The position numbers and the translations under genes were made by a program. From Octopus vulgaris (lineage: Eukaryota): a stretch of DNA of 64,000 bases. How positions within the stretch are numbered: position 1 is the stretch's first letter; the number at the start of each line of letters is the position of its first letter. The stretch spans positions 40,424,001 through 40,488,000 of the forward strand of contig OX597822.1 of assembly GCA_951406725.2 (NCBI GenBank). Reading direction: 5' to 3'. This document shows positions 1 through 14,659 of the stretch, in pieces. The notes under the pieces were generated by a model. It saw nothing but the letters and a program-made list of their open reading frames with translations. It was not told the DNA's origin and did no database searches.

Positions 1-12
1 TATATATATATA

Positions 13-54
<42 letters not shown>

Positions 55-420
55 ATACATACATATATATATATAATATACCATGTGCATAATAATAATA
101 AAGAGAATTATATAAATAAATACGAAACTGAGGTTGTGTGTTTTGAAATGTTAACTATTTTTCCCTTGTTATGATTTATTTCTCATCGAAATATTAAAAT
201 CATTTCCTGTTTTATATTTTGAAATATCCTTTTTTTATTGAAATTAAATATTTTATTACACTGTAGCCGAATCGAAAATTCGAAAAAAAAAGAAGCGTAT
301 AAAAGAAATAAAATAAAATAACATAAAATATTAAACAATATTTCAAACAAATATTTCCAATAAATATTTAAATATGTATGTGAAAAATCTATAAAAATCA
401 AAATAACTCAAGTGAAATTG

Positions 421-660
421 CATGAAAATGTATAACATTCATTAAAAAGTCTGTAAAATGTTTTTATTTTTAAATTTATATTCTTTTTTATGTTTTAAGA
501 GAGGCGAGAAATATATAGTAATATCAAGTCAATTACTGGAATGAATATTTTGTATCGTATATTCCTGTTTTTTAAAAAAACAAAAATTTCATTTTATTTT
601 ACAACACTCAATATTGGTAAATATATTTATAGGATTCCTGCTTAGTAATCATACATTACA
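421..660 (+). repeat. ~240-bp AT-rich direct repeat, copy 1 (copy 2 at 3012-3250)
   Basis: catgaaaatg...gtcaattactggaatgaatattttgtatcgtatatt...attcctgcttagtaatc..acattacaa recurs collinearly at 3012-3250; both copies are followed by TA/TG-rich arrays. Confidence 0.9.
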
Positions 661-1287
661 ACATACATACATATATACATACATACATGTATACATATAC
701 ATGTATACATATATACATGTATACATATACATATATATACATATATGTATATGTATACATGTATGTATGTATATATGTGTATGTATACATGTATGTATAT
801 ATGTATATGTATACATATATGTATGTATATATACATGTATATGTATACATATATGTATGTATATATACATGTATATATATACATATATGTATGTATATAT
901 ACATGTATATATATACATGTATGTATGTATATGTATATATACATGTATGTATATGTATACATGCATGTATGTATATATGTATATGTACACATGTATGTAT
1001 GTATATCTATACATATATGTATGTGTATACGTATATGTATGTGTGTATACATTTATATGCCTATATACATATATATATATACAGCTGCATATATATGCGT
1101 ATGTGTATGTTGGAATACGTATGTATTTTGAAATAAATGTTATTTTCATATACAATTTATTTCAAAGCACTTACGTTGACATTAACAATGGATATATATA
1201 TATATTTATATACATATATTAGTATGTATATTAATGGATGCATGTGTGCATATATAAAACATGTAGTGCACACTGATCTATCCTCAA

Positions 1288-1318
<31 letters not shown>

Positions 1319-1640
1319 GCATATCGATATAAAGATATATATATATATTCATGTGCATATACATATGTACGATTTTATTTATATGTCATTACATAATACA
1401 TATATAGATGCACAGTCACAAACACACAGACGCACACATCTACATACATGCATGCAAACATTATTTATATATGTATATGTAATATATATATATATATATA
1501 CATGTATATTTATACATACATATGTATGTATATATATGTAAATTTATACATATATACATACAAATATGTATGTATATATATGTGTGTGTGTATATTTATA
1601 CATATATACTTGCATATATATATACATATATATACATATA
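661..1640. repeat. compound (TA/CA/TG) microsatellite field
   Basis: Degenerate tata/cata/tgta arrays; source of the spurious YI/MC-rich ORFs. Confidence 0.95.
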
Positions 1641-2113
1641 TATTCCAAAGTAATAAAAAAAGTGTTTTATGTTCATATAAAATATTTTCTTTGTACCAAT
1701 CTATTAAAGTACAAAAAGGAGAAAAAATATAATTTTTGTCGTATATTTTTCTTTTTCAAAATCTTAGATCAATAAATAAATATACAAAACGTTTAGTGGC
1801 AATCTGTTCTGTTTGATGTTGTAGTCTTAATGAACCTAATTACTTTGACTCATTCATATGCAAATCACTTCCATATACACTCAGTCAGTTGGCACATATA
1901 CACTCACGAATATATATACATATATATCCATTTTTTCCACTTTACCTCCAGTGGAGCAATGTTTTGTGAAAATGGAATTTGCTAGCCGGAAACTGAAGAA
2001 ATAACTATCTCTCTCTCTCTCTCTCTCTCGTCTTTTACTCTCTCTCTCTCTCTATTCTACTCTCCCTCTCTCTATGTCTGCTTCTCTCTCTCTATATATA
2101 TATTTAAATATAC

Positions 2114-2155
<42 letters not shown>

Positions 2156-2800
2156 GGGTGTGTGTGTGTGTGCGTGCGTTGTGTGGGTGTTTTCTTTGTC
2201 CATATATGTAGTTGTATATATTTATGACTACAGCTTTATACGTATACATACACATAAATTTCTCTATGTACGAGACTGTGTACGTGTACATGTGTGTGTG
2301 TGTGCGTGCGTGTGTGTTTGTGTGTGTGTGTGTACAATCACAGAAATAGTTCATATTACTAATAGGTCTCAAATTCCTCATAATACTCTCGAAGTGGTTG
2401 AATGGTTGAGATCATCATCATGTGATTTGTTTGATTCCTGTGACCTGCCACGTTCGCTAATTCACTCTCACACACGCATCGTAAATGGAGAAACCGATAG
2501 CAATTGTGCATCCAACCATATGAATGGGGTCACCGCGTATTTAAGCTGTTTCGTAATCATGTGGCAGAAAATAGTATAGCATTCGATCTGACTGCAGCAG
2601 ACACTGGCTGCGAATTACGTCAACCAACTCATAAGACCACCACAAATGATACATCTAACATGTTCGCCACATTCGTCTCCCAACAGTCCTGCTGTTGAAT
2701 ATAAGATCTGTTGCAGCGTAGTGTAAAAATCTCTTTCTGAAGAAATGATATATAATCCCTATCAAGCAATGTGCAATCAGGGAACATTCATTGTACTTAC

Positions 2801-2857
2801 AGGAAAACACCTAGCAACAAATTATGTGGATATAGAAAACGAAAGTACGTCGTCTTA
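2801..2857 (-). other. candidate 57-nt internal exon
   Basis: Minus strand reads tttttcttttcAG|taagacg...ttttcct|GTAAGTac: strong acceptor and donor, length a multiple of 3, one open frame (KTTYFRFLYPHNLLLGVF), no recognised homology. Confidence 0.3.
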
Positions 2858-2938
2858 CTGAAAAGAAAAACAGTTGAGATATCACATCACAAATTCTCTT
2901 GTCATAATAAAACACGGTTTGGGACACACTAATTAAAA

Positions 2939-2986
<48 letters not shown>

Positions 2987-3011
2987 CGGATTAATGCAGT
3001 TCTATGAATAA

Positions 3012-3246
3012 CATGAAAATGCATAACATTCATGAAAATTCTGTAAAATGTTTTTGTTTTCAAATTTATATTCGTTTTTATGCCTTAAAAGAGGCAAAAA
3101 ATGTATAATGATATCAAGTCAATTACTGGAATGAATATTTTGTATCGTATATTGGTGTTTTTAAAAAAACAAAAATGTCATTTTATTTTACAACACTCAA
3201 TATTGATAAATATATTTATACGATTCCTGCTTAGTAATCCTACATT

Positions 3247-3250
<4 letters not shown>
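3012..3250 (+). repeat. ~240-bp direct repeat, copy 2
   Basis: Collinear with 421-660, scattered substitutions. Confidence 0.9.
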
Positions 3251-3304
<54 letters not shown>

Positions 3305-3969
3305 ATTGTATATGTATGTATGTAATTGTATATGCATGTATATATGTAATTGTATATGCATGTATATATGTAATTGTATATGCATGTATATATGTATTTA
3401 TATATGCATATGTGGGTATACATTTATATGCATTTATGTATATGTATATATATATATATATATATATGTTATGTATGTATATATGTAATTGTATATACAT
3501 GTATATATGTATTTATATATGCATACGTATGTAAATGTGTTTATACATTTATATGCATTTATGTATATATATATACTTATATATGTTTACTGGATGCCTG
3601 AAAAGTACAATAGACCATTTGAAGGACGCCTCAGAAACACTGGATTAATAAAAGCAGATCAATATATTGATGTAAAAATATATGACGATTTCAACCTCGC
3701 TGAAAATGCCTGAGGGCCGTATCTCGTTGATGGATGAACAGTAGAAAAGTGTTTGACTTCATTAACTTACTGTTCATGTTTCTAACAATATTTTACCCCA
3801 CTAGAGACGTCTACACTTAAGATCTTTGCTTCTCAAATAACAAAAATCTTACCTATTATATTAAGGTGGGGTGAGGTGTAGCTTACGTATTCTTCTCATA
3901 ATCTGGTTGAATTAAAAATGTGCAGTCCAAAACTAACTATAGAAATGCATTTTACATGGTGCTCTCTGA

Positions 3970-4018
<49 letters not shown>

Positions 4019-4559
4019 CAGCCTACACATTTATGAGATGAGTTTCAGCAGAAATTATTTCAGAAGGAAACGATATCTACAGGAACTGCTTCGAAAATCT
4101 GCCTAAAAAGGTTAATGACATGAAATTGAAAGAATTTCAAGTAAATGCAAACAAGCGATATGAATTAAATTTTTCCCCCGAAAGAAAAACGAACGTACAC
4201 AAAAATATAATTTTCAACGACAGAAAAAATAATGGTGAAACAAAGAAATATCTCAAAAGAGTTCAAATGAATAAATATCGAACATTTTTTTAAAAAGAAA
4301 ACTTTCAGCTATAAGGAATATGACCGAAACGGTCTTCTGCAATTTTCCAATTAAAAAGAGAGAGCTGAAAATGAAACTATTGTGGTAGAAAGTATGAATT
4401 TTATTTTCCTTTTTTCTTCTTGTAGTTTTGTTTCAGAGCATAACAAAACGGAGTCGTTCTTCAAAAGACATCATTCACTGGCTGCAGATAACAAAATGGA
4501 AGGGAAATACTGACTGAACAATTCAAAATTTTCCAATATCCCGTTGCAATGTATGCAAA

Positions 4560-6200
4560 TAAGTCAGCCAGATAAATTCTTCAACACCACAGTTCTGCAT
4601 AGAAATTTGGAAGCCATATCTTGCATCAATATTATGGAGAAAGAGGCAATTTTATCAACCATAGATGAAGCTATGAGACTACGCTTTACAATAGGCCTTC
4701 ACCACCAATTCTCGAAAATTCTCTTGAAAACATGCAAAAAAGATCTAGAAAAGCTACTTCTGATTGTTCACAAAAACTTCCATGAAAATGATAAACTTTC
4801 CAAGAACCTGAAAGATGGATTACATCCTATACATAACAGAAACAGTGGGGCGGAACGAATTATCAAAGGGAAACGATTTGCTGACTGAAACACATCCTGG
4901 CTTCTGTCCGGAAGAAGCAGCAGCAACCTCACCTAGATACAGTACTACAACTGGACATTGAAACAGTTACTCAGTCATTCAAATATTAATGTGATAGACC
5001 TCAGCTTTGCAAGGGACTTCAGCAAATTTGAACAAGAAATGATATGTCACATACTGCGTGTTTTCATAATAGCTGGAAAACAAAGGGAGCAGCTGCATGA
5101 TTCCAAGTAGCGGGAGTTAATCTTTTGCTGCTAACGGTGTTCTCTCAAAGGATACAAGAATTCTAAATTCCCTTAAGGAACTGTGTTTGAACGATGACAC
5201 TTTCTACTTGCTGTTTCAAACATGTCCTCCATTATACGAAGAGACATTCTCTGTGTATAGTAAATACCAAAGACATACAAGAGTTCCACACTGAAACCAA
5301 AAACCTCCAGAAAAACACAATATAATAATCAAATGGATTGAGAGAAAACACCACGCAATTTCTTGATGAAAATAACAAACATTTTATATCAGATCTCTTA
5401 CACATTGCAAGTAAGATAGTAGCGGAAGAGGTTACAATCCCAGGATAAGAATCAGGGCGTGATCTGAGACTCAAAATGAGTAACATGTACATTATTTCGT
5501 ATGTGAAGGCTCGTGGCTTGGTGGTTAGGGTATTCGGCTCGGGATCATAAGGTCGTGAGTACCATTCCCACCGGTGCGTTCTGACTTTGAGAAAGACATT
5601 TTATTTTCCCGTTGCTCTTGTCCGAAATGAGTTGTAACTGTATTTCAAAGGGCCAGCCTTGTCACATTCTGTGTCACGGTGAATCTCTCTGAGATCTACG
5701 CTAAGAGCACGCACGTCTGTGAAGTGCTCAGCCACTTGCAAGTTAATTCCACGAGCAGGCTGTTCCGTTGATCGGATCAACTGGAACCCTCACCGTCGCA
5801 ACCGACGGAGGGCCAGCTTTACATTGTTTCGAGCATATATTACTAAGATGACTAAGAACGCGTAGACAACTGTTAGATGGATTCTGAGGACATTTAAAAT
5901 GCGAGAGCAAGAAGGCTTATTTCTGCCCTTGATGAATGGAGTAGAGTTAACACCGAATATTGAAATACTTTAAGCTTCAAATACAAACAGCGTTCTAGTA
6001 ACCTGCATGAAAAATGCTCCTTAAGTTTCGATATGGTCCCATGCAAAGAATGGCTGTAAGACATCAAAATAAAAACCGGATATCTACTGCTAATAATCCA
6101 GCTGAGCCGACGTCATTGCATGATGCATATATGAATGCGAAGGTATGAAACTCTGTCATTAATTGAAGAGACAGTCTGTAACAGCATGGCCAGAACATTG
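4560..6200 (+). mobile_element. decayed CR1-like LINE ORF2 (RT) remnant, interrupted by a SINE
   Basis: Frame-broken translations resemble ILLKTCKK..L, NLKDG..PIH, GF.PGRS, NVIDLSFA.DF.K.....ICH.LR; ends near cagcatggcc plus an A-tract, like the CR1 tail at 58251-58312. Confidence 0.7.
5503..5817 (+). mobile_element. tRNA-derived SINE, family B, with ~12-bp TSD
   Basis: A-box tggcttggtgg, degenerate B-box, central ctttgagaaagacatttt domain; flanks tacattatttcg (5488) and tacattgtttcg (5820). Confidence 0.85.
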
Positions 6201-6929
6201 AATAAAAAAAAAAAAACAGATTATATACGCCTGTGGATGTATATGTGCATTTGTAATGTGTACGTGGGAACGTGTATATATGAGTGAGTGAATGTGAGTC
6301 TAAGTGCTTATATCAACGCGTATTAGTGTGTATGAGCGTTGTGCGTGCGTTTATTTACCCCACGTCATGAGGACTTATTATATTGCTAATAAAATAAGAA
6401 TATATAATTTCAAAAACATCCTCAATAGACTCAGTAAAATATCACACATGTGACATTAATAAACGTCTATACTTCAGTCTTTTTATACGTAAACCTATTT
6501 GTCTACCGTATTGTTTATGCATTTCTCTTTCACTCTCTGTATATACAAATATACATACATACATACATACATACATACATACACACATACATACATACAT
6601 ACATACATATATGTATTTATATATATATATATATATATGCATGCGTGCATGTACGAAAGTCGTGTGTGTGTGTGTGTGTTTGTAGGTGTTTATATGTTCT
6701 GAATATAGTCAAACGACATTTTGATGCACTAAACGAAAAAAAAATGTTCTTTCTATTTTCCCCCTTTTTTTTATTTCCTCTTTGCTTTGGAATCTTTTTT
6801 CTTTCCTCTTCTGTAAAAGTTTCTTTCCTTTCTATGTATATAAGACTCCATATTAATCTAAGTGGAAATATATGTGTATGGAAGTGTGCAATTGAGGAAA
6901 AATATAAGCGCATAAATATGTATATGCAG

Positions 6930-6971
<42 letters not shown>

Positions 6972-6999
6972 GTATCTACGGGATCACTATTCCGTTCGC

Positions 7000-7044
<45 letters not shown>

Positions 7045-7070
7045 CGTACATACAGATATACACACACACA

Positions 7071-7115
<45 letters not shown>

Positions 7116-7706
7116 GTACACATTCATATATATATGCATATACATATATAGATATAGATATGCATATATATATATATGTATATATACATATATATATGCA
7201 TATGTATATATACATATATATATGCATATATATATACAAATATATATATACATACACATATATACATATATATTTATATACATATATATATATATACATA
7301 TATATATACATACATATATATATATATATACATATATATACATATATATATACATATATATACACACACACATACACACACATATATTTTATGCATATAC
7401 ATAATAAGTAGGTATGCATGGAAAATGGTGTTCGTGCAAAAGTAAATATTTGTATTTTACACAAATACTTGTCTTTCGCATTACGGTAAAAAAAAAAATT
7501 CTTAATATTTTATTCTCACGTGACACATTAGCAAATTTTTTAAACGAACTTTCAAGTAAAATTCTGCATTTTTGCTAAGTATTCAGAGCGATTAATTTCT
7601 GTTCAGTTTAACAATTGCTTTGGAATGAAAAAAAAAAAACTGGACAATTAATTCACCCAAGTAGCTTTACAGCAAATACGAAATCATATATATATATATA
7701 TATATT

Positions 7707-8125
7707 TAATGGAGAGATTATACAAAATGCATAAATAGATGATGAGTAAAGCACCGTCACAGTTTCGATTACCGGTTGTTATCCGTAGATTTATTGCAGG
7801 AACTTCATAGTGGTGGTTAAAGTAACAGTATTAATAAAATAGATGGATGGAATGAGTAAAAGATTTTCTTGAGAACGACACATGTTCTGAGTCTCCTCGG
7901 CTACATAAATAAATCAATTATCTAAAATTCTCACTAGACATTTTCTGATACGGTTTAACGTACCGCGGTATGTCCATCAACTTTGAGGACATACAGCGGT
8001 ACGTAAAACGGAAACAGAAAATCTCTAGTGAGACTTTTTATATATTTATCTACCCTAAGAGACCCAGAACGGGTCGAAACATGTGTCGTTCTAAATAAAA
8101 TCTTTTATTCCATCCATTTTATTAA

Positions 8126-8129
<4 letters not shown>
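7707..8129. mobile_element. (TA)n-embedded fold-back element with degenerate hammerhead (PLE-type terminus)
   Basis: Arms 7827-7980 and 7982-8129 are imperfect inverted copies, with a ~120-bp unpaired tail on the left; right arm has cctaaga-gaccc-agaac-gggtc-GAAA-catgtg-TC at 8054-8087. Confidence 0.75.
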
Positions 8130-8167
<38 letters not shown>

Positions 8168-8171
8168 TCAT

Positions 8172-8634
8172 TCTTTTACTCTTTTACTTGTTTCAGTCAT
8201 TTGACTGTGGCCATGCTGGAGTACCACCTTTAGTCGAGCAGATCGATCTCAGGACTTATTCTTTGGAAGCCTAGTACTTATCCTATCGGAGCTTTTGCCG
8301 AACCGCTAAGTTACGGGGACGTAAACACACCAGCATCGGTTTTCAAACGATGTTGGGGTGGGGGGACAAACAGACACACAAGCATATACACACACATACA
8401 AATATATATATATATACTCTTTTACTCTCTTTTACTTGTTTCAGTCATTTGACTGCGGCCATGCTGGAGCACCACCTTTTAGTCGAGCAAATCGACCCCG
8501 GGACTTATTCTTTGTAAGCCCAGTAGTTATTCTATCGGTCTCTTTTGCCGAACCGCTAAGTGACGGGGACGTAAAAACTCCAGCATCGGTTGTCAAGCAA
8601 TGCTAGGGGGACAAACACAGACACACAATCACAC

Positions 8635-8673
<39 letters not shown>

Positions 8674-8785
8674 CGACAGGCTTCTTTCAGTTTCCGTCTA
8701 CCAAATCCACTCACAAGGCTTTGATCCCAAGGTGCCACGCAGTGGGACTGAACCCGGAAACATGAGGTTCGTAAGCAAGCTACTT
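8172..8785 (-). mobile_element. tRNA-derived SINE family A: a 3' half copy plus a near-full copy in tandem
   Basis: Matches the family consensus ggttcagtcccactgcgtggcacc...gacggaaactgaaagaagcc...ctccagcatggccgcagtcaaatgactgaaacaagtaaaag. Confidence 0.9.
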
Positions 8786-9149
8786 CATTTCATGAAATTT
8801 GTCATATAGACAGTACAAAGATTGTGTAGCTTTGCAGGCTGGACAAACACATTAATGAATGAAAATGAAATAAAATTAATAAATGAGAGACGAAACCCAA
8901 CACCCCTCGATTGGATTTTTCTCGAAAACATATTTTCTCTTTTTTTTTTAATTAATATGAGGTTTCGAACCTCTTATAAGAATGAGGCACTAAAACCTCT
9001 TTCTTAACATGTTTTTTTAAACACACCATTGAGGTTATAAACCACTACAAATAATACAATAAGATGAGGTTTCAAACCCTCTAACGAGGTTTTTTCACCT
9101 CCTACTCATCGATATACCTATCGATATATTCATCATTATCTTCAATGCC

Positions 9150-10345
9150 GCTTGAGTTCCTGCATCTCGCCATTTCCCATGCTTCACTCATGTAGGACAT
9201 GTAAGTCGTGTAAGGGCTACCCGGCCATATGCGACACTCCTCCCCAAATCCTTTAAGCCTTTCCCACAAGGGAAACCTTATGACCTCCACAGATATCTGC
9301 AGAGGTCATTCGGGTTCCCGTGCGAAGGGCATATCTACTGTCTCTTTATATTCTTCTACTATTTTTCCACCTCCCCGCCCTTGTAGAAAAAGATAATTAA
9401 TTCATCCTCTTTAAGGGTGGGGGTCGTTTCTTCCGCCGTGGGTGGCACAACCTCGGGACATGCAGACGGCACATCATCTCCCCCTGCGATGACCCGTTCT
9501 TTTTCTTTCTTTCTTTTCTTCCTGACTTCGGGAGAGCGGAGCTCTTCCGCTTTGTCCGGAGTCTCTCCCCCACCTCCCGAAGCCTTGGGGTCCCTCGGCG
9601 GGCAACAATTGTTGCCCGCATTCTTCCCTTTTGATCCTTTTTGGGTTGAGGTGGCTGAAGCCTCCTCAACCACATCCGATGGGTTCCACAGGGTCAAAAT
9701 CGCTTTTGACTCTTCCCAATCAACCGCCGGCAATACCCTTACATTTAAGAACCTGGGCCCGCTATCTCCCAATCCAGTCGGATGGAATCAAGAACTTTAG
9801 AATAAGTTCTAATCACCACCGCCCTCTCCTTCATATCTTTTAACCACTGCTTGGGTGGGACAATCTCCCACTCCAAAGCAGCGGCACCATTCTTTATCGC
9901 AATGAGGAAGAAAGTTCAAATGTCCACACAAATAGAAAAAAGTCTGAACAAAAAGGACAGTTCAAATAAACAGAAGGCAAAAAACAAATGGCAATTACAT
10001 AATTCCGTCCACAAGTACTCCTGACCCTCTTTTTTGGCTGGTACTCCGAGCTGGAATCTTAAATCCACAGGGGAAGAATCTTCTCCACAATGGGCCACAA
10101 AAATTTTCAATGACTGGAACAAACTTCAATTTTTGAGCGGGGATACGCCCCCAACATTTTTTCAACAAGCAAAAATCACAATAGCCGCCGAGAGCTGGCG
10201 AAATTGTCCCAGAGCTGGTCGAAATTTACTGAAAAAAATTCCAAAACAATTAAATCACGCCCAGCTCAAAACACATAATCACCTACCTCGAACGGACTTC
10301 TTAATTTTCAGTTTTAGGACGGAGCACACTAGCTCATGTCCTCCT
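9150..10345 (-). mobile_element. probable non-LTR retrotransposon 5' region/ORF1 remnant (Tx1/L1-like, internally deleted)
   Basis: GC-richer island with broken ORFs (DMKERAVVIRTYSK; K/E/P-rich low-complexity segment); the family assignment is a tentative recollection. Confidence 0.4.
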
Positions 10346-11799
10346 TGTTCAAGTGTTGAAGCGAAGTACCAATGCGCATGTGCGGAAGTAAGCAAACTAC
10401 TTACCACTCAGCCACTTCTGCGCCTATATTGTTGTAAAATATGTTTCATTAGCTTTTAATCTTGCTCTGGATGCGCAACTATAATTATACAAGTATGTTT
10501 CAAACAAGTTGATTCATTATCGGACAAGTACCTCTCATCTCTCTGCACGCTAAGAAAACTCACAATAATCACTCTTTAAATATAAACCAAATCAGAGCAT
10601 AGCTGTAATGACTAGATTAATGTATTCACTTTATGTTTGTTGGCGGCGCGAACAGATAATTAGTAATGGAAACAATTACAATAATAATTTTATTTTGGAG
10701 TTTACCTTGTCGATATCAAATTTTAGTGTATAGAATGATAATTTTGGCACATAAAAGTAATAAAGCCTAAAATATAGAATGTGTATGTAAATGAAGTAAA
10801 GCTAACACAGGCATTTTTATAGCTAATGACATTATTATCGCTCCCAACTGTATCAAAGTAGACAACACAATAACCTTCTTTGTATTATACTCATATATAA
10901 CACAAACCTCTGATATAAAAGTAATTATCATAGAAAAATATTCTAATTTAACCGAATCAACAAAAGAAAAAAAAAAACGTGTCTAAAATAGAAGAATGTA
11001 CTAAAGCAGATACTGGTGTATAATGAAATGCTTTCCAGACGTGATAATCCTACCATTTGTTGGCTTTATTTTATGAAACTCTGCGGTGTGCATTATGAGA
11101 ATTGTGTCAGCTATTCTGAACAGGACGAACGACCACTATATTAGCTGCTTGTTCAAATTACTTCTGCAAATGCATTAAATTTCACTCACACTTTTCCTCC
11201 CACTTTTCTCTTTTCTCGTCTTTCCTTTCCTTTCCTGCTTTCCTTTTCCTTCTCCCTTCCTCCATCTTCTGTATACTTTATATTCCATATCTTCAGTGTA
11301 TGTGGTTGAACTAACAGGGTAGTCAGTCCATTACTTCAGTAATCACCTTCAGGGTCAGCGTAAGTTTTGGTTTATATTTTCTTTTATTTCACCTTTGCCC
11401 TCTATTTTCAGTGATGTCACTATTGTTGCATTAAAACTATTTCGTTTAAACTGCAGAAAAAACATGGATAGGACGGAGATTTCATTCCAGAGGGTCGGTG
11501 ATTTGGAGAGGGCGGACTAGGAGGAGCGGTTAGAGCAGTTTGCAAGTTGGACGCTATGAAGTTGACGAGAGTTGAAGAAATGAATGGATCGAGAGTACCC
11601 GAGTAGAGGAAATATAAGACTACCTGACCAGTTAAATGTTACCACTTGTTATTCTAAAATTTTTCTTGGGCCTTACGACCCATAAGGCTGATTACTCGAT
11701 TCCATGGCGTATAAATAATCGAGATCACAACATTCCCCTCGAGGGGGATGCAGGTTCGTTTCAGGGTTCAGGACCAGCAGTTTTGCAGGAGCAGGAGAT

Positions 11800-11975
11800 C
11801 ATCTGATTACATCAAATTCAGTATTTGACTGGTACTGTAGTTTTATTTACTCTGAGGGGATAAAAGTCAAATTTGGCTTCGACGGGATTGGAACTCAAAT
11901 CATGAAGAGTTGGAAGAAATACCGCTGAGCATTTTGTCTGACGATCTAACGATTCTGCCAGCCCACCTCCTTTAG
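11800..11975 (-). mobile_element. SINE family C (Nin-domain-like) fragment
   Basis: Reverse complement of ggctggcagaatcgttag...gctcagcggtatttc...tgagttc...gactttt..tccctc...agtaccagt. Confidence 0.75.
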
Positions 11976-12563
11976 AAATTGTTTTAAGCTGAAATTTTTT
12001 CTGGCCCTAAAGGGAAAACCAGTCATTTGGTGACCCTACCTTTGTTAGGGAAGGAATTTCACCCCAAGAGAAACACGTGATATGAAATAGTATGAACGTT
12101 GTAACTCAGTACTGCTCTTGTTATGTGGGGGGCTGCGATGGTGTTTTCTTGATATCAATAGAGCTTGATTTTTTTCTTTATTTTGCTATTAAAAGAGACA
12201 TACATTATATGCCCTCATTAAAGAACTCTCTCATGCAGTTTTGACATGTTGCCTTTAAATGGTGTTTTGTTGATGCGTAGATGATGGAGAAAGTTAGTGG
12301 GGAATAAAGGGTTATATCAACTGCACAAGAGTGGAAATTGCAGAAAATACATATAAAAACATTGTTTAAATAATGATGAACCGTTAAAATGTGCAAATTA
12401 AACTATCCACTATGGTAGTAAATTAATTTCTGACTATTTTATATGGCATGGCCAACGCTATTGATTACAGAAAAAACATCACTTCTGAAATAAATCAACA
12501 ATATGCAATAAGACCGTGAGAAGTTTCTACACCAATTTGTAGGTAGCTAGGTAGATAGCTAGG

Positions 12564-12611
<48 letters not shown>

Positions 12612-12635
12612 AAGATAGATAGATAGATAGATAGG

Positions 12636-12697
<62 letters not shown>

Positions 12698-12872
12698 TAG
12701 TTGACGTTATAAGAATTTATAAACTTTCGACAGAACGTGAAATGATCTTTTTTAGAACAGTTGATCTCGAAACAATAATTACAAGCTATTATTTATAGCT
12801 TTATGAGCTTTGAGATCCAAACATACGCACAGACATGCACACTATGCACACACACACGCTCACGCAGACACA

Positions 12873-12908
<36 letters not shown>

Positions 12909-13059
12909 GATACACATGCACACAATACTATCCGAAAATAGAATAGATTGTTCTGGAATAAATATAGAGAAATATACATATGTAAACATCAACTCAAGGA
13001 ATATTGTTGGAACATTGCCTTTAAAAGCAGAGGCATAACATGGTGGATATTTTTGTTTC

Positions 13060-13345
13060 AGACAGACAAGTAAGAGTTTGTATTGTCATAGAGGTTAGCT
13101 CCCCTGTTGATGTGAATATCACTTTGTAAATCAAACAGAGACAGGATATTTATGGACAGCTGCTTCGAAATCTCCGCCTTTATATCCTGATTAAACATTT
13201 ACATTTATACTAATAACAATTGGTCCACTTGGTTTTGCGAATAAATACCTAAGTGATAATCTAGATTAGCTAGAGTTTTCAGAAAAAGAAATCTGCAAGT
13301 AGAACAGTTAAAATATGCAAGACTTACCTCAGGTTTCAACTATGG
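13060..13345 (+). mobile_element. RLE-encoding non-LTR retrotransposon C-terminal fragment (R4/Dong-like), older copy
   Basis: Translates to CIVIEVSSPVDVNI...DIYGQLLRNL..LYPD..F.FI.ITIGPLG, a restriction-like endonuclease tail. Confidence 0.75.
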
Positions 13346-13436
13346 GGGTGTTTAGCTTTATTAGAAATCAGCTCCTTCCATACAGGAAGATTTCAGATAC
13401 TCAAAAATAAAGAACCTCTCCCTCCACACACATATA

Positions 13437-13870
13437 TAATATGTTGAACTATTGAGAAATCTGCAGTTACTCTATCCAGATTACATGTTCAGGTTTATAT
13501 CTGTACTTATTTGGGTCTTGGGATATATAACACACTACATTAATACTAATCTTGAGAAATTAGGCTTCTCAAAACCAGAAAGGAGAAAGTTAATTCGAAG
13601 GCTACAGATCTAATCCATCAATGGAACTGTAAAAATCTGTAAAACTTTCCAGAAGTTTATCATTTAAATAAATATGAGCATTCTAGATATGCAACTATAT
13701 GCATGAGAAAACGAAACATACAAATATGCACATATACATACATGCATACAAACAAACAAAGATACCATTTTGCTGATGCTGAAATTCCTTTAAAGAAAAC
13801 TTGGATCTAGGTTAGAAACCGACTCTTCCTCTATTGGCAAGAAATCTTGAAATTAAGCTGAACAATGGCA
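13437..13870 (+). mobile_element. 5'-truncated RLE LINE with 3' UTR ending in (CATA)n
   Basis: ELLRNLQLLYPDYMFRFISVLIWVLG...NLEKLGFSKPERRKLIRRLQI..GTVKICKTFQKFII*, then a UTR abutting catacata. Confidence 0.8.
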
Positions 13871-14037
13871 TACATACATATGTGCATACTTGCATACATA
13901 GATACATACATACATATGTACATACATACTACATAGGTACATGCAAGCATACGTACGTACATTCATACATACGTACGTACGTACGTACCTAACTACCTGC
14001 CTACCTACATACATACATACATACATACATACATACA

Positions 14038-14068
<31 letters not shown>

Positions 14069-14659
14069 GAAAATAGAAGACTGAAAAAATCTTGGTATAT
14101 TTTTAATTCCATATTACACGTTTTTATTACATGTATAGAATCTCTTATCTGTAATTCTTCAAACAAAGATTTAAAAAATAATATTTAAAAAAAATTTTAT
14201 CTGAAGAGTTGCGGATAGATTCCCAAGATGTTTTCTACTTGTATACCTTTGTAACTCCTACCCTGTAATAAAACGCGTATAACATGGAATTAAAAATGTA
14301 GTAAAAATTTTTCCACTGTTGTTTTGATACGTAATTACTCTGCAGACAGAATTCACTAGAAACTTCAATTACTATGTGTATCTCATAGAAAATATAGCAT
14401 CTGTATACTTACATTTGATTAATGTGAACATGCAGATCTGCTTCACGGGGGACACAACTTGGATCACAACATCTTACATACATACAAACATACAAACATA
14501 CATACATACATACATACAGCTAAAAATCAGTGAAAACGAGAATGCATACATACACACACACATACATATATATATACATACATACATACATACATACATA
14601 CATACATACATACATACATACATACATACATACATACATACATACATACATACATACAT

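Noticed and set aside
7752-7815. Additional minus-strand hammerhead in the tail of the 7707 element
   Set aside because: Core lacks G5 and the cleavage-site U; too decayed to call
8958-9101. CRISPR array
   Set aside because: Eukaryotic context, short degenerate repeats, irregular spacers, no cas genes
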